The position numbers and the translations under genes were made by a program. From positions 224,001 to 288,000 of the forward strand of contig CBDCKN010000003.1 in the NCBI GenBank assembly GCA_965218295.1: a stretch of DNA of 64,000 nt. Direction: 5' to 3'. A model generated the notes under the pieces. That model had not been told where the DNA came from, ran no database searches, and saw nothing but the letters and a program-made list of their open reading frames with translations. Positions within the stretch are counted from its first letter, which is position 1, and each line of letters starts with the position of its first letter. This stretch comes from Longimicrobiales bacterium (GTDB taxonomy: Bacteria > Gemmatimonadota > Gemmatimonadetes > Longimicrobiales > Gaopeijiaceae). This document shows positions 21,795-34,982 of this stretch, one piece after another.

Positions 21795-22090
21795 ACTGCC
21801 TGGTCGCGGGACAAGGCCCGGCCCCTTGACGGCGGACTCGTAGGAAATGCGCTCCGCGAGGCCCTCCACTACGTGCAACCCCGAACCACTGAGGGACCGT
21901 CCCTCCAGCGATGACGTGGCGTCAGGATTCATGTCTCTGCGGCGGATCCAACGGCTGACCGGTGTCCTCCTTCATCAGGGTCGGCGTGCCGCAGTCGCTC
22001 CGCATCGTGATCTGGATCTCGGTTCGGCTTCACCCTCAGGGGCCGTGGCTCACCCCATGGGTGATCAGAGCCTCAAGTGCGACTCGGGCG
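21795..22090 (-). pseudogene. Decayed second RsbW-like HATPase domain
   Basis: VALEALITHGVSHG..IQITM..EDTGQPLDP..LSGSGLHVVEGLAERISYE with stops and a frameshift, collinear with the downstream RsbW. Confidence 0.6.
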
Positions 22091-22098
22091 GGGCGGCG

Positions 22099-24639
22099 TT
22101 ACCGGCGGCGCAGAACTAGACAGGTCATGTCGTCGGCGGCGGGAGCTCCCGCGGAATAGGCTTCGATCTCCCTCCAGACGTGGCCCACGATCTCTTCGGG
22201 CGAGCGCGCGGATGCGCCGTCGAGCGTCTCCTCTAGCCGCTCCTTACCGAAGAGCTCGCCGCTCATGTTCACCGCGTCCGTGAGTCCGTCCGTGTAGAGG
22301 AAGAGCGAGTCACCGGGGCGCAACTCTTCCTGGCGGCTCTCGTACTCGAAGTCGTCTAACACGCCCATCGGCAGCCCGCGAGTCAGCGGGAGAACTCGCC
22401 GGGAGTCGTCGGGGCCCACCAGGAAAGCAGGCTCATGCCCAGCGCAGACGTATTCCATGACGGCCCGCTCGAGGTCGACGATGGCGAGCATGCCGGTCAC
22501 AAAGAGCCCCATCGGGTTCTCGCTGCAGAGCAGACGGTTCGCTTCGGTGGCGATTACGCCGACGCCGCCGTTCTGGCTCTTGGTGGCCGCAGCGTTGATC
22601 GTGCCCTGCGACACTGCCATGAACAGGGCCGCTGCCACCCCCTTGCCAGAGACGTCGCAAACGCTGAAGAACAGCTGGCCCTCGGACGACTCGAACACGT
22701 CGACGAAGTCGCCGCCCACCTGCTGCGCCGGGGTCATCCGCGCGTAGGCCGCGAAGCCGGCCAAATCCACGTTGCCTTCACGCACTAGTGCGGATTGCAC
22801 CACCCTCGCCATCTCCAGGTCCTGCTCCAGTGCCCGCTGGGCACGGCGCAGGTTGCGGTTGCTCTGCTGGAGCTCCTCGGTCCGCGCCGAGACCATCGTC
22901 TCGAGCTGCTCCTCCCGGTCGAAGACCTGGATCGTCATGGCGTCAAACACCCGTGCTAGGCTCCCCAGCTCGTCGGTCCGTTCCATCACTGGCTCAATCA
23001 AGCCATCGTCCGGCTGCCTGCCCGCTTCCACCTGGCGGGCTGCCGTGGCGATGGCCTCGATGGGCTGCGTCAGCCACCGCGTTCCCCAAAGCGCAGCGGC
23101 GCCGGTAAGAGCGAAGAGGACGAAAGCGATCAGGGTCGTGTTCCGTGCTTCGCCCCGAACCGTGCCGGCGATGTCGTCTAGGCTGACCGCGAGCGCGAGC
23201 CCTCCGATCGGGATCCCTCCTGTATTGATGATCGGTGAGGCGACCCAAATGCCACGGTCGGCGGGCGCCAGCAGGCTCAGGCTAGCCTCGCTCACCACCT
23301 GACCCTGGTCCATGGCCTGCTCCACGACCGATTCAGCCCGGCGCGAGAAGACGCTGGCTGTGCCCACCGTCTGGGTGCCCGACTGTCCGGCCCGCGGCGC
23401 GGACGCAGCCAAGTCGCGGTCAAGATTGACGACCCAGAGCGCCTCCAAATTACGCGATCGGACGAGCAGGTCCGCCTCCCGCTGGTACACGGCATAGAGC
23501 AGGTTGCCCGAGCTACCCTCGATGGGTACGCCAACTTGCACGACCCGCGGCGAGCCGGCGCCGGCAGCCGCCACGTACTTGTAGACCTCGCCGTCCGAGG
23601 CGCGCGGGGCCGTCGCAAATTCCACGCTGCCCTCGGAACCCTCCAGGAGCGGCGTGATCTCCTCCACACGAGGTACGGGTACGTCTGCCCCGCCTTCTAG
23701 CGGCGGAAGCAGACTGGAGTAGGCAACCGAGCCGTCCAGGTCGAGGACCCGGATTTCACCGATGACCGTCGCTCCGGCGATACGTCGCAGTCGGCTGTTG
23801 ATCTCCTCCGCCGTCCAGCCGGCCTCCTCAGCCGCAACGATGAAGTGGCCCGCTATGGTCGCCTGCGCCAGCATGTGCTGACCGACGATCCCCTCGACCA
23901 CGGCCGAAACGTCCGCCCGCTCCGTGGCGTAGACGTTCGTCAAAATCTCCTGCTCACCAAAGTCGAGTGCATTGCCGATCTGCACGATCCGCTCCTGATC
24001 GACTCCGCCGACTCCGACGTACTTGTAGACTTCTTGATCGATCTCCCGGACTTGCGCTGGCTGTGTGATGAAATCGTCGTCGTCGATATCCGATTCGAGG
24101 AGCACGTAGAACTTCGACGCCTGTGGCTGCACCGCCGGATCAGCCTCGAATCGGAAGGGCACGAGCTCCCCGTTCTCATCGCGGACGTTAGTGAGATAGG
24201 AAAAGCCCACATTGTCCGTGATCCAGAACTCGTCCAGCACCGTGCTCGCCAAGATCGCGTCTAGGGTCTCGATGATGCGCCCGGGATCTTGCCCTGCTTC
24301 CTCGGCCGCCGCCACGAGGTGTGCCGCGATGCGGGCCTGTGCGATCATCTGGTCGTCGAGCGTTGCATCGAGCGTACGGGCAACATTGGCCAGCGAGATC
24401 TCACCCATGTCGGCGAAGCTTGCCGCCAGAAGTTCCGCTAGGTGCGTGGCGGCCCCCTCCGCCCCGTCACGAAGCGCGGTGGCGGAGTTGTAGAGCATGG
24501 TGGCAGAGGTCGCGGTGATCGTGACGGTGAGCAGCGTGGCAAGCGCGAGGAAGCCTCGCGCCGCAAGACGCAGTCCCCTCTTTGTCGACCGGATCTCTGT
24601 GGTCGGCGCGTCCTGTGCGTCCGTCGCGTTCTGGTTCAC
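22099..24639 (-). CDS. Membrane sensor PP2C/SpoIIE phosphatase with HAMP domain and duplicated extracytoplasmic domain
   Basis: Two TM helices, HAMP (RTDELGSL), VGGDF, DVSGKG, AGHEP, YTDG and DDMT motifs. Confidence 0.9.
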   Translation of the reverse strand: MNQNATDAQDAPTTEIRSTKRGLRLAARGFLALATLLTVTITATSATMLYNSATALRDGAEGAATHLAELLAASFADMGEISLANVARTLDATLDDQMIAQARIAAHLVAAAEEAGQDPGRIIETLDAILASTVLDEFWITDNVGFSYLTNVRDENGELVPFRFEADPAVQPQASKFYVLLESDIDDDDFITQPAQVREIDQEVYKYVGVGGVDQERIVQIGNALDFGEQEILTNVYATERADVSAVVEGIVGQHMLAQATIAGHFIVAAEEAGWTAEEINSRLRRIAGATVIGEIRVLDLDGSVAYSSLLPPLEGGADVPVPRVEEITPLLEGSEGSVEFATAPRASDGEVYKYVAAAGAGSPRVVQVGVPIEGSSGNLLYAVYQREADLLVRSRNLEALWVVNLDRDLAASAPRAGQSGTQTVGTASVFSRRAESVVEQAMDQGQVVSEASLSLLAPADRGIWVASPIINTGGIPIGGLALAVSLDDIAGTVRGEARNTTLIAFVLFALTGAAALWGTRWLTQPIEAIATAARQVEAGRQPDDGLIEPVMERTDELGSLARVFDAMTIQVFDREEQLETMVSARTEELQQSNRNLRRAQRALEQDLEMARVVQSALVREGNVDLAGFAAYARMTPAQQVGGDFVDVFESSEGQLFFSVCDVSGKGVAAALFMAVSQGTINAAATKSQNGGVGVIATEANRLLCSENPMGLFVTGMLAIVDLERAVMEYVCAGHEPAFLVGPDDSRRVLPLTRGLPMGVLDDFEYESRQEELRPGDSLFLYTDGLTDAVNMSGELFGKERLEETLDGASARSPEEIVGHVWREIEAYSAGAPAADDMTCLVLRRR

Positions 24640-24669
24640 CTCACTCTCCTGTGCGGCAGCGCCCAGACA

Positions 24670-25464
24670 TTACAGACGCCACATCACCCACAACTGTGGG
24701 ACGTTGTCGTCGTTGTTCTCACCCAGCTTGTTCCACCAGTACTGGTACTCGACGCCGACAAAGAGCTGATTGGCACTGTCCGTCAGTGCCTTTCCAATAT
24801 CCCAACCAAGCTGCGGCTGCGCGAGGATCCACCCCTCTACGGCATCACCGAGTTCGTTGGTCGTCCCACCAATGTACTCCGCGTGGCCAGTGAACCAGAA
24901 CGACTGGCTACCGAGATCGAAGGCGGCGCCCCAGCTTACATCGAACATGAAGCTGTCATTCGTCCTCGGCGCACTTCCCTGGTCCACACCGCTGCTGGCA
25001 TCGATGAAGGCAGTTACGTCGGTGTTGAAGAAGATGAAGCCAGGGATGTCCCAGGAGAGTCGCGCACCGGGCAACCACTTGAAGACGTCGGCGTCGCTGT
25101 CGAAGTTAATGCCCCCGATCAGCGCGATATCCCTCACCGGTCCTGCGCCCACCGTCCGGTCCGCGAGCCTACCCAGGCTCAGGGTGGGATACCATTCGCC
25201 GTAGACCTCTATGTCGTTGAATCCGTCCGTGACGCCGTCGTCGAGCAAGTCGATGAAGAAGAAGCTGTCGCCGAGCGACCAGCTCGATGCCTGCTGGAAG
25301 GTCAGGATGTGCGTGTAGTGCTGCGCTCCGTCAAAGGGGTTGGTGAGCTTGCCGTACTGATAGTGAAACTCCGTCTGTGCGGCCGTCCCGACCGGTGCAG
25401 CCGCAAGAACCGCCACAGCGACAAGCCAGCCCCGGAGCGAACCAGTCTGGGTAAGATTCTTCAT
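24670..25464 (-). CDS. Tsx-like nucleoside-binding outer-membrane channel
   Basis: Signal peptide; GDSFFFID, YGEWYP and VGVEYQYWWNKLG motifs; beta-barrel C-terminus. Confidence 0.7.
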   Translation of the reverse strand: MKNLTQTGSLRGWLVAVAVLAAAPVGTAAQTEFHYQYGKLTNPFDGAQHYTHILTFQQASSWSLGDSFFFIDLLDDGVTDGFNDIEVYGEWYPTLSLGRLADRTVGAGPVRDIALIGGINFDSDADVFKWLPGARLSWDIPGFIFFNTDVTAFIDASSGVDQGSAPRTNDSFMFDVSWGAAFDLGSQSFWFTGHAEYIGGTTNELGDAVEGWILAQPQLGWDIGKALTDSANQLFVGVEYQYWWNKLGENNDDNVPQLWVMWRL

Positions 25465-25748
25465 GACGAAATGTTACCTACACGAGTTGTCGTGCTTGAC
25501 GGGCTGAAGGTGACTATGCCTTCCTTGTAGGTTAAACTTGCCACATGGCCGCCCGCGACCGCCGGATTTCGAAATTTGCTTGGCCGGGGCTGTGCCGATC
25601 CTATCCGTCCGCGAGAGAATGCACAATGAAACCACCGCTTTACCTGAAGGGGCCCACTAGGGCACACGATCCGTTGTAGCACTAGTGGTTCCTTCTCGAT
25701 GGTCTGGCAGCGTACTGATGCCGGAGCGCGACTAGGAAAACTTACAGA

Positions 25749-26408
25749 ATGCCGAACACGAGAGCATCGGCGGCGGGCGAGAACCCCGCAGAACCCGATG
25801 GGCCGCCCAGCGGAAAAAACATCTGCGTCTACCTGGGCGGCAACCTAGGACGCGAGCAGCGCTATATCGACGAGGCCGAGGCCCTAGGGCGACTGATGGC
25901 GGCCGAGGGCATCGGGCTGGTTTACGGTGGCGGTAGCGTCGGACTGATGGGTGTGCTGGCAAATGCTGTGCTGGAGGGCGGCGGCTTCGTGACCGGTGTG
26001 GTTCCCCGGCAGCTGTCGTACCAGGAACTCGCCCACGAGGGACTCAGCCGTCTCCTCGAAGTCGCCACGATGCACGAGCGCAAACACCTGATGCAGCGGT
26101 TGGCGCAGGGCTGCATCGCTCTACCCGGCGGGTTCGGCACGCTGGAGGAGATCTTCGAAGTCCTGTGCTGGTCACAACGACCGCTGGAGCTGCACGAAAA
26201 GCCGTGCTGCTTCGCCAACATTGACGGCTACTACGACCACCTGTTCGCCTTCCTCGATCGTGCGACCGCACAGGGTCTCTTGCTGCCGCAGAACCGCGCG
26301 CTCGCCAGCCAGGTGCCGAACGCCCCGGCGGCGCTGCGGACGATTCAGACCGCGTGGGACGACGCGGAACAGGCCATGCTCGACGTGATCAAGACATATG
26401 AACGGTAA
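25749..26408 (+). CDS. LOG family nucleotide phosphoribohydrolase (TIGR00730-like), copy 1
   Basis: LVYGGG, MHERK and PGGFGTLEE motifs. Confidence 0.9.
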   Translation: MPNTRASAAGENPAEPDGPPSGKNICVYLGGNLGREQRYIDEAEALGRLMAAEGIGLVYGGGSVGLMGVLANAVLEGGGFVTGVVPRQLSYQELAHEGLSRLLEVATMHERKHLMQRLAQGCIALPGGFGTLEEIFEVLCWSQRPLELHEKPCCFANIDGYYDHLFAFLDRATAQGLLLPQNRALASQVPNAPAALRTIQTAWDDAEQAMLDVIKTYER

Positions 26409-26656
26409 ACTATTGCCGTCGGCAGCACGGGTCCGCTGGCGTGGGACGCGGGTCTGATTCGCTCGTGCGGTCGAACATCTCTTGGTTCCTCTGTGGCGTC
26501 AGTCTTTCGTTCCGTCCTCCCGGAACTGGCTGCCCTGCCGACATCGATGTCATGCACCGCGGTATAGCCCGTCGCCGCGACCCGTCGGCCGACCTCCGCC
26601 TCACTTAGAAGCACCCTCCGAGGCGGCATCCGGTCGTGCTCGGCCGCGCGCCGCAG

Positions 26657-27730
26657 GAGGTTGGGTCAATAGGTGTGTAAACGTATTAGGCGGCGTTCTT
26701 CCGCTGTTGGTGTGAGACGGGCTTTCCGTCTTCGAACTTTCTTCCTTCAAATACGTCCTTGAGGAGGTGAGGAGCGTCGAGCCTTCGGAACCGCTTCTCA
26801 GCCACCAAGAGCAACTTCCAGATTAGCGCCGTAGCGCTCTCGACCCGCTTGAACCGCTTCGCTGCTGTCGTCCTGAGCCGTACCGCGGCGAACGGGCTCT
26901 CGACCACGTTCGTCGTGCGTAGATGCTTCCAGTGGTCCTCGGGGAAGTCGTAGAACGCTACCATCCGCTCCCAGTCGTCCTCGAGTACGTCCACTGCTTT
27001 CGGATACCACGGCCTATAGCGTCGGGCGAACACCTCGCGGGCCTTCAGGGCCTCGGCCCGGCTCGGTGCGTAGACCACGGCCCGGAGAAGATCCTTCGCC
27101 TCGCCCTGCTCCCGCTGAGGTAGTCGGTCCAGCACGTTCCTCATCTTGTGGTTCCAGCACCGTTGCTCACCCGCCTCAGGCCATACCTGCCGTACTGCGC
27201 CCCAGATCGCAGCGTTACCGTCCGCCATCAGAAGCCGGGGCGCCTCGATGCCGCGTGCCTTCAGGTCCCGCAACACCTCGGACCAGGACTCGACCGACTC
27301 TCGGTAGCCCGCTCTCAGGGCCAACACCTCTTTCGTCCCGTCTCGCATGGCACCCAGCACCACCAGCAGCGCCGCTTTGTCCCGCTCCAGCCCTGCCTTC
27401 ACATAGATCCCGTCCGCCCACACGTAGACGACCTCACGACCCTCCAGGCGACGCTGGCTCCATTCCTCGAACTCCGCCGTCCATCCCGCCCGCAGCCGCC
27501 GAATCGAAGACTTCGACAGCGGTGCCCCCTCGCCCAGCAGGCCCCGCATCGCCAACTCGAAGTCTCCCTCCGCCAGTCCGTGCAGATACAGCTCCGGAAG
27601 CAGAGCGCCCAGCTCCTTCGTCCGCCTCGCGAACAACGGCAGCACGCGGCTCTCGAACCGCTCCTCAAGGCCTCGAACTCGAGGGCGTCGGAGTGTGATC
27701 GTGCCCGAGCTCATCGCCAGCCGCCTCGGC
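26657..27730 (-). mobile_element. IS256-family element, 5'-truncated second copy
   Basis: Matches 17352-18426 in reverse; left end and first ~65 codons missing. Confidence 0.9.
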
Positions 27731-27990
27731 AGAGTACAGATGATGTCATTCACGGCAAGAAATCGTCTAAGTCAACCAGGACTAGCGGTGACAACCGTAA
27801 CCTTTGGTTAGACAATGGTTTATCGTTCATCACAGTGTTCCGTGGATCACTTCAGATATGCAAATATGAGCGGGAATTCGTCGGACCGAATGGGATGGCT
27901 GCGGACGAAGTTCTGGGCGAGGAAGGAAGAGAGACAAGTCGAAACCGGGCGATCTCCCGCCCCCCCAGGAGCGTTTCTTCGGCACAACCT

Positions 27991-31136
<3,146 letters not shown>

Positions 31137-31140
<4 letters not shown>

Positions 31141-32765
31141 GTCACGGACTCCAATGCCATCTCGGCATCGCCTACGCGGATCTCACCCGAAATGAGCTTG
31201 GGGAGCAGCGTGTCGCGGAGGGCGGCGAGAGTAGCAGCTTCGGACCGGTTCTTCAGGATCCGCGCCAACGTACCACCGATCACTTCGCCAAACGTTGTGA
31301 AGGCTCTCGGCGACCCAGTCAAAACCTCACGTGCCTTCAACGCCTTCGGTGGGACGCGCTGATGGCTGTTGGAAGTTCCAGTCACCAAGGACCTGAGCAG
31401 GGCGCGGAAGCGCTGATCCCCAAACAGCGTAAAGAGGAGATTCCTGTTCGCAGGCGATCGCGGCGTGAACACGAGAAACTCCGTTGAGCATATCTGCGGT
31501 CTTGCCGTGGAGTCGGCTGGCACCCAGACACGTGCGATTCTTGGATTAAGCTTGGATAAGAGGACCGCATCCTTCAGTACAACAGTCTTGTTGCTCCTGA
31601 TGGCCGCACCTAGTTCGATAGCAGGGCGTTGGCCTGCGTCATATGCCGGGATGCTGAAGTGCTCATACTCCAATCCGGAGAAACGCGAAGGCGAGGTGGT
31701 TTTCGTGTGGTGATTGGCTAGCTGATCCAAGCGGAAGACCTCCCACCCCTCCGGTATCTTGCCCATCTCGGAGTTCACCAGTCGTTCGGGGAACAGTTCG
31801 GCGATTTCTTGCGGCAATCCCGTATGACGGCCTTCCATCTTCGCCCGGACGGGATCGAAATCGACGAACCAAGACTTGAACAACGCCCGCGCCATCGCCT
31901 CCAGCGTCTCGTTCATCCGACGGTTCAGCTCGATCTTGTCGTCCAGCGTGCCGAGGATGTGGGCGATGGCGAGTTGTTCAGAGAGAGGTGGGAGTGGTAT
32001 GTCTACGCTGTGCACCAAAGATGGACTGACGTTGGGCTGCGCCGATCCGTACCCAAGGTTCTCGATCTTCTTGCGCACTCCTTTGTATCGCAAGGAATAA
32101 AATAGAAATCGATTATCAATCCGGTTGGGATCGCGAATGGAGAAACGCCCAACTCGCTGGTTTAGTACCGCCGGAAGATCGCGATGCCGAACCATGGCGA
32201 TATCGCCTATGTACCCGGTCATGGCGATGAGAATATCGTTGTGCTGAAGCTCAAACTCGCCAGCGTCTGAGGCAACCTGTGGCGACACAAATGAGCAGCC
32301 GTCCATGATAAGGCTACCACTCTTCACGTTCTGTATTTTGACAACTGGGATGCCAGTATCAACCCAGTCGCTGCTCTTAAACGCATATCCTGACCGTACG
32401 GACGCCACATCGCCAAGACGCACAACATCAAACTGATCCACGATGTCCGGCTCCTCTACTGCCAGCAGCACCACATGCTCACGCTCGATCTTCTTTCGGA
32501 ATTGGTCGGGTACGGCATCCCAGACGAACAGGTCTACCCGGAACGGCAGGTTGCTTTCCTCGAATGCTTCCTCAAGGTCGGAAACCCGGCTGGCTTGCTC
32601 CGGCGTTGCGAAAACCACCATATCCAGATCAGACTGCGGGCGAGAGGTCCATTTGGCGCGGGATCCATAGACCCACACGGTCGTGTTCGGCAGATGCCGC
32701 GCAAGCAGTGCCAGAACGGTTTGGCGCTGTTTGGCGGTAATATCGATCACCCCGTCCATCCCCAT
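31137..32765 (-). CDS. hsdS: Type I specificity subunit with N-terminal MNT nucleotidyltransferase domain
   Basis: [16 protein letters not shown] (GSx10DxD) followed by two TRDs, [18 protein letters not shown] and [14 protein letters not shown]. Confidence 0.9.
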
Positions 32766-33172
32766 GCTTCCCCGCTCATCGTCTGATAGAGTCCGATGGC
32801 GTCATCGATGAAGTCCGGTATTATCTCCAGGCAGTCTTGCGCCTTTGTGCCGTCGTAGTCATGAGAAGTACCGATGCGTGCGTCGACGTAGAGCCACCAC
32901 TGCTCCAGCGGTGTAGAGAACAGATCGTTCTCGTAGGCAAGCCTGAAAATAGGCTTAGGACTGTTGGGAGGATCTGCGATGCCCAGTTCTTCGATGAGAT
33001 ATCGCTTTAGTACCTTCCACAAGCAGTCATAGCAGGTCTCAAAACGCTGGATCACCGACTCAGCGATGCCTTCCTGGTTCAGGACAGGCAGAGAGGTATC
33101 CAGGTTCCGGTAGTTGGCATGCTGTTCCTCAAGACGTGCAAGGGACATTTGAAACTTTTCATATTCGATCAT
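32747..33172 (-). CDS. HEPN-domain protein (HI0074-like nucleotidyltransferase substrate-binding protein/toxin)
   Basis: IQRFE..WK, SPK..FR and RIGTSHDY (Rx4HxY) motifs. Confidence 0.85.
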   Translation of the reverse strand: MIEYEKFQMSLARLEEQHANYRNLDTSLPVLNQEGIAESVIQRFETCYDCLWKVLKRYLIEELGIADPPNSPKPIFRLAYENDLFSTPLEQWWLYVDARIGTSHDYDGTKAQDCLEIIPDFIDDAIGLYQTMSGEAWGWTG

Positions 33173-33198
33173 GGCTAATGCCTCTGCTCCTTCACGCT

Positions 33199-34749
33199 TC
33201 ATTCATCGCTAGCGAATCCAAAGATCGTAAGATTGGCTTCGATGGCGTCGTCCAGCTTCGCGCCTTTGGCCTGTTGCTCGCGAAACTCGGCGACCAGTCG
33301 TTTCATCTTGTCCTCGAACGGCTCACCGTCGTCCTCTTGGGGCTCCACGCCGACATAGCGGCCAGGCGTCAGCACATGGCCGTGCCTACTCACCTCCTCC
33401 AGTGCCGTGCTCTTGCAAAAGCCGGGAATGTCGGCGTAGCCGTCGTCCTCCTCTCCCCTGCGCCAAGCATGGTAGGTGTCGGCGATGCGGGTAATGTCTT
33501 TGTCAGTAAGCTCGCGGTGCGTCCGGTCCACCATCCGGCCGAGCTTCCTCGCGTCGATGAACAGGATCTCGCCCTGGCGCTTGCGTCGGCGCGCCAGGAA
33601 CCACAGGCAGGCGGGAATCTGAGTCGAGTAGAAGAGCTGGCCCGGAAGGGCCACCATGCAGTCCACTAGCTCCGCCTCGATCAGGTTCTTCCGGATCTCT
33701 CCCTCACCCGACTGATTCGACGACATCGACCCGTTGGCGAGCACGAACCCCGCAACGCCCTTGGGCGCGAGGTGGTGGACCATGTGCTGGACCCATGCGA
33801 AGTTGGCGTTGCCCTTCGGCGGGATGCCGTAGCGCCAGCGCTTGTCCTCGACCAGCCTGTCGCCTCCCCAGTCCGAGACGTTAAACGGGGGATTGGCGAG
33901 GATGAAATCGGCCTTCAGGTCCGGATGGCGGTCGTTATAGAAGCTGTCGCCGTGGGCGATCTGTCCCCCAATGCCTCGTATGGCCAAGTTCATCTTCGCG
34001 AGCCGCCACGTCGTGTAATTCGACTCCTGCCCGTAGATCGAGATGTCGCCGCGCGCCTTGCCGCCGTTGCCGTTTCCGCTGGAGTGGGCGCGAATGAACT
34101 CGATCGACTGCACGAACATGCCCGAGGACCCGCAGCAGGGATCGTAGACCCGCCCCCGGTAGGGCTCCAGCATCTCGACGAGCAGCTTGACGACGCAACG
34201 CGGGGTATAGAACTCACCGCCCCTCTTGCCCTCGGCACTCGCGAACTGTGAGAGGAAGTACTCGTAGACGCGGCCGAGCACGTCTCGGGAGCGGGCTTCG
34301 GCGTCCCCGACGCGGATGTTGCCGATCATGTCGATCAACTGGCCGAGCCGCTGCTTGTCCAGGGCGGGCCGCGCGTAGTCCTTGGGCAGCACCTCCTTCA
34401 GCGCCGGGTTGTCGCGCTCGATCGCGGCCATGGCCCGATCGACGGTCTGTCCAATGGTCGACTGCCTCGCCTGGGCCTTCAGGTGTGGCCAGCGGGCTTC
34501 CCGCGGCACCCAGAAGATGTTTTCGGCGATGTACTCGTCGCGGTCCTCTGCGGCCTCGTCCCCCCACTTTGCCAACACCGCCTCGTGGCGCTCCTCGAAG
34601 GCGTCCGAGATGTACTTCAGAAAGATGAGCCCGAGCACGACATGCTTGTACTCGGCGGCATCCATCGAGCCGCGTAGCGCATCGGCCATCGCCCACAGCT
34701 CGGCCTCGTAGCCGGTCGTGGCTCCGCTGTCGTTTTGCGTGCCTGCCAT
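33199..34749 (-). CDS. hsdM: Type I R-M methyltransferase subunit
   Basis: [16 protein letters not shown] and NPPF motifs. Confidence 0.95.
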   Translation of the reverse strand: MAGTQNDSGATTGYEAELWAMADALRGSMDAAEYKHVVLGLIFLKYISDAFEERHEAVLAKWGDEAAEDRDEYIAENIFWVPREARWPHLKAQARQSTIGQTVDRAMAAIERDNPALKEVLPKDYARPALDKQRLGQLIDMIGNIRVGDAEARSRDVLGRVYEYFLSQFASAEGKRGGEFYTPRCVVKLLVEMLEPYRGRVYDPCCGSSGMFVQSIEFIRAHSSGNGNGGKARGDISIYGQESNYTTWRLAKMNLAIRGIGGQIAHGDSFYNDRHPDLKADFILANPPFNVSDWGGDRLVEDKRWRYGIPPKGNANFAWVQHMVHHLAPKGVAGFVLANGSMSSNQSGEGEIRKNLIEAELVDCMVALPGQLFYSTQIPACLWFLARRRKRQGEILFIDARKLGRMVDRTHRELTDKDITRIADTYHAWRRGEEDDGYADIPGFCKSTALEEVSRHGHVLTPGRYVGVEPQEDDGEPFEDKMKRLVAEFREQQAKGAKLDDAIEANLTIFGFASDE

Positions 34750-34982
34750 TGCTGTCGCGGTCCTCATTCTTCGTCGCTGTGGAGGAACTTGGGGAGCTGG
34801 GTCGTAAGCAAAGATACGACATGGCATCTGTCCTGCCATCGCAGGGATCGCCGACGCAGGGTGTCCCATGCCCGGCGGACCTGCGCTGCGCAGGGATCGA
34901 CTAGTCCGGAAACCGGCGGAGAACACCGTTGAATGATAGGAGATTGGGTGCCGGGCACGATCTCGGCCGATCCCGGGAACCA

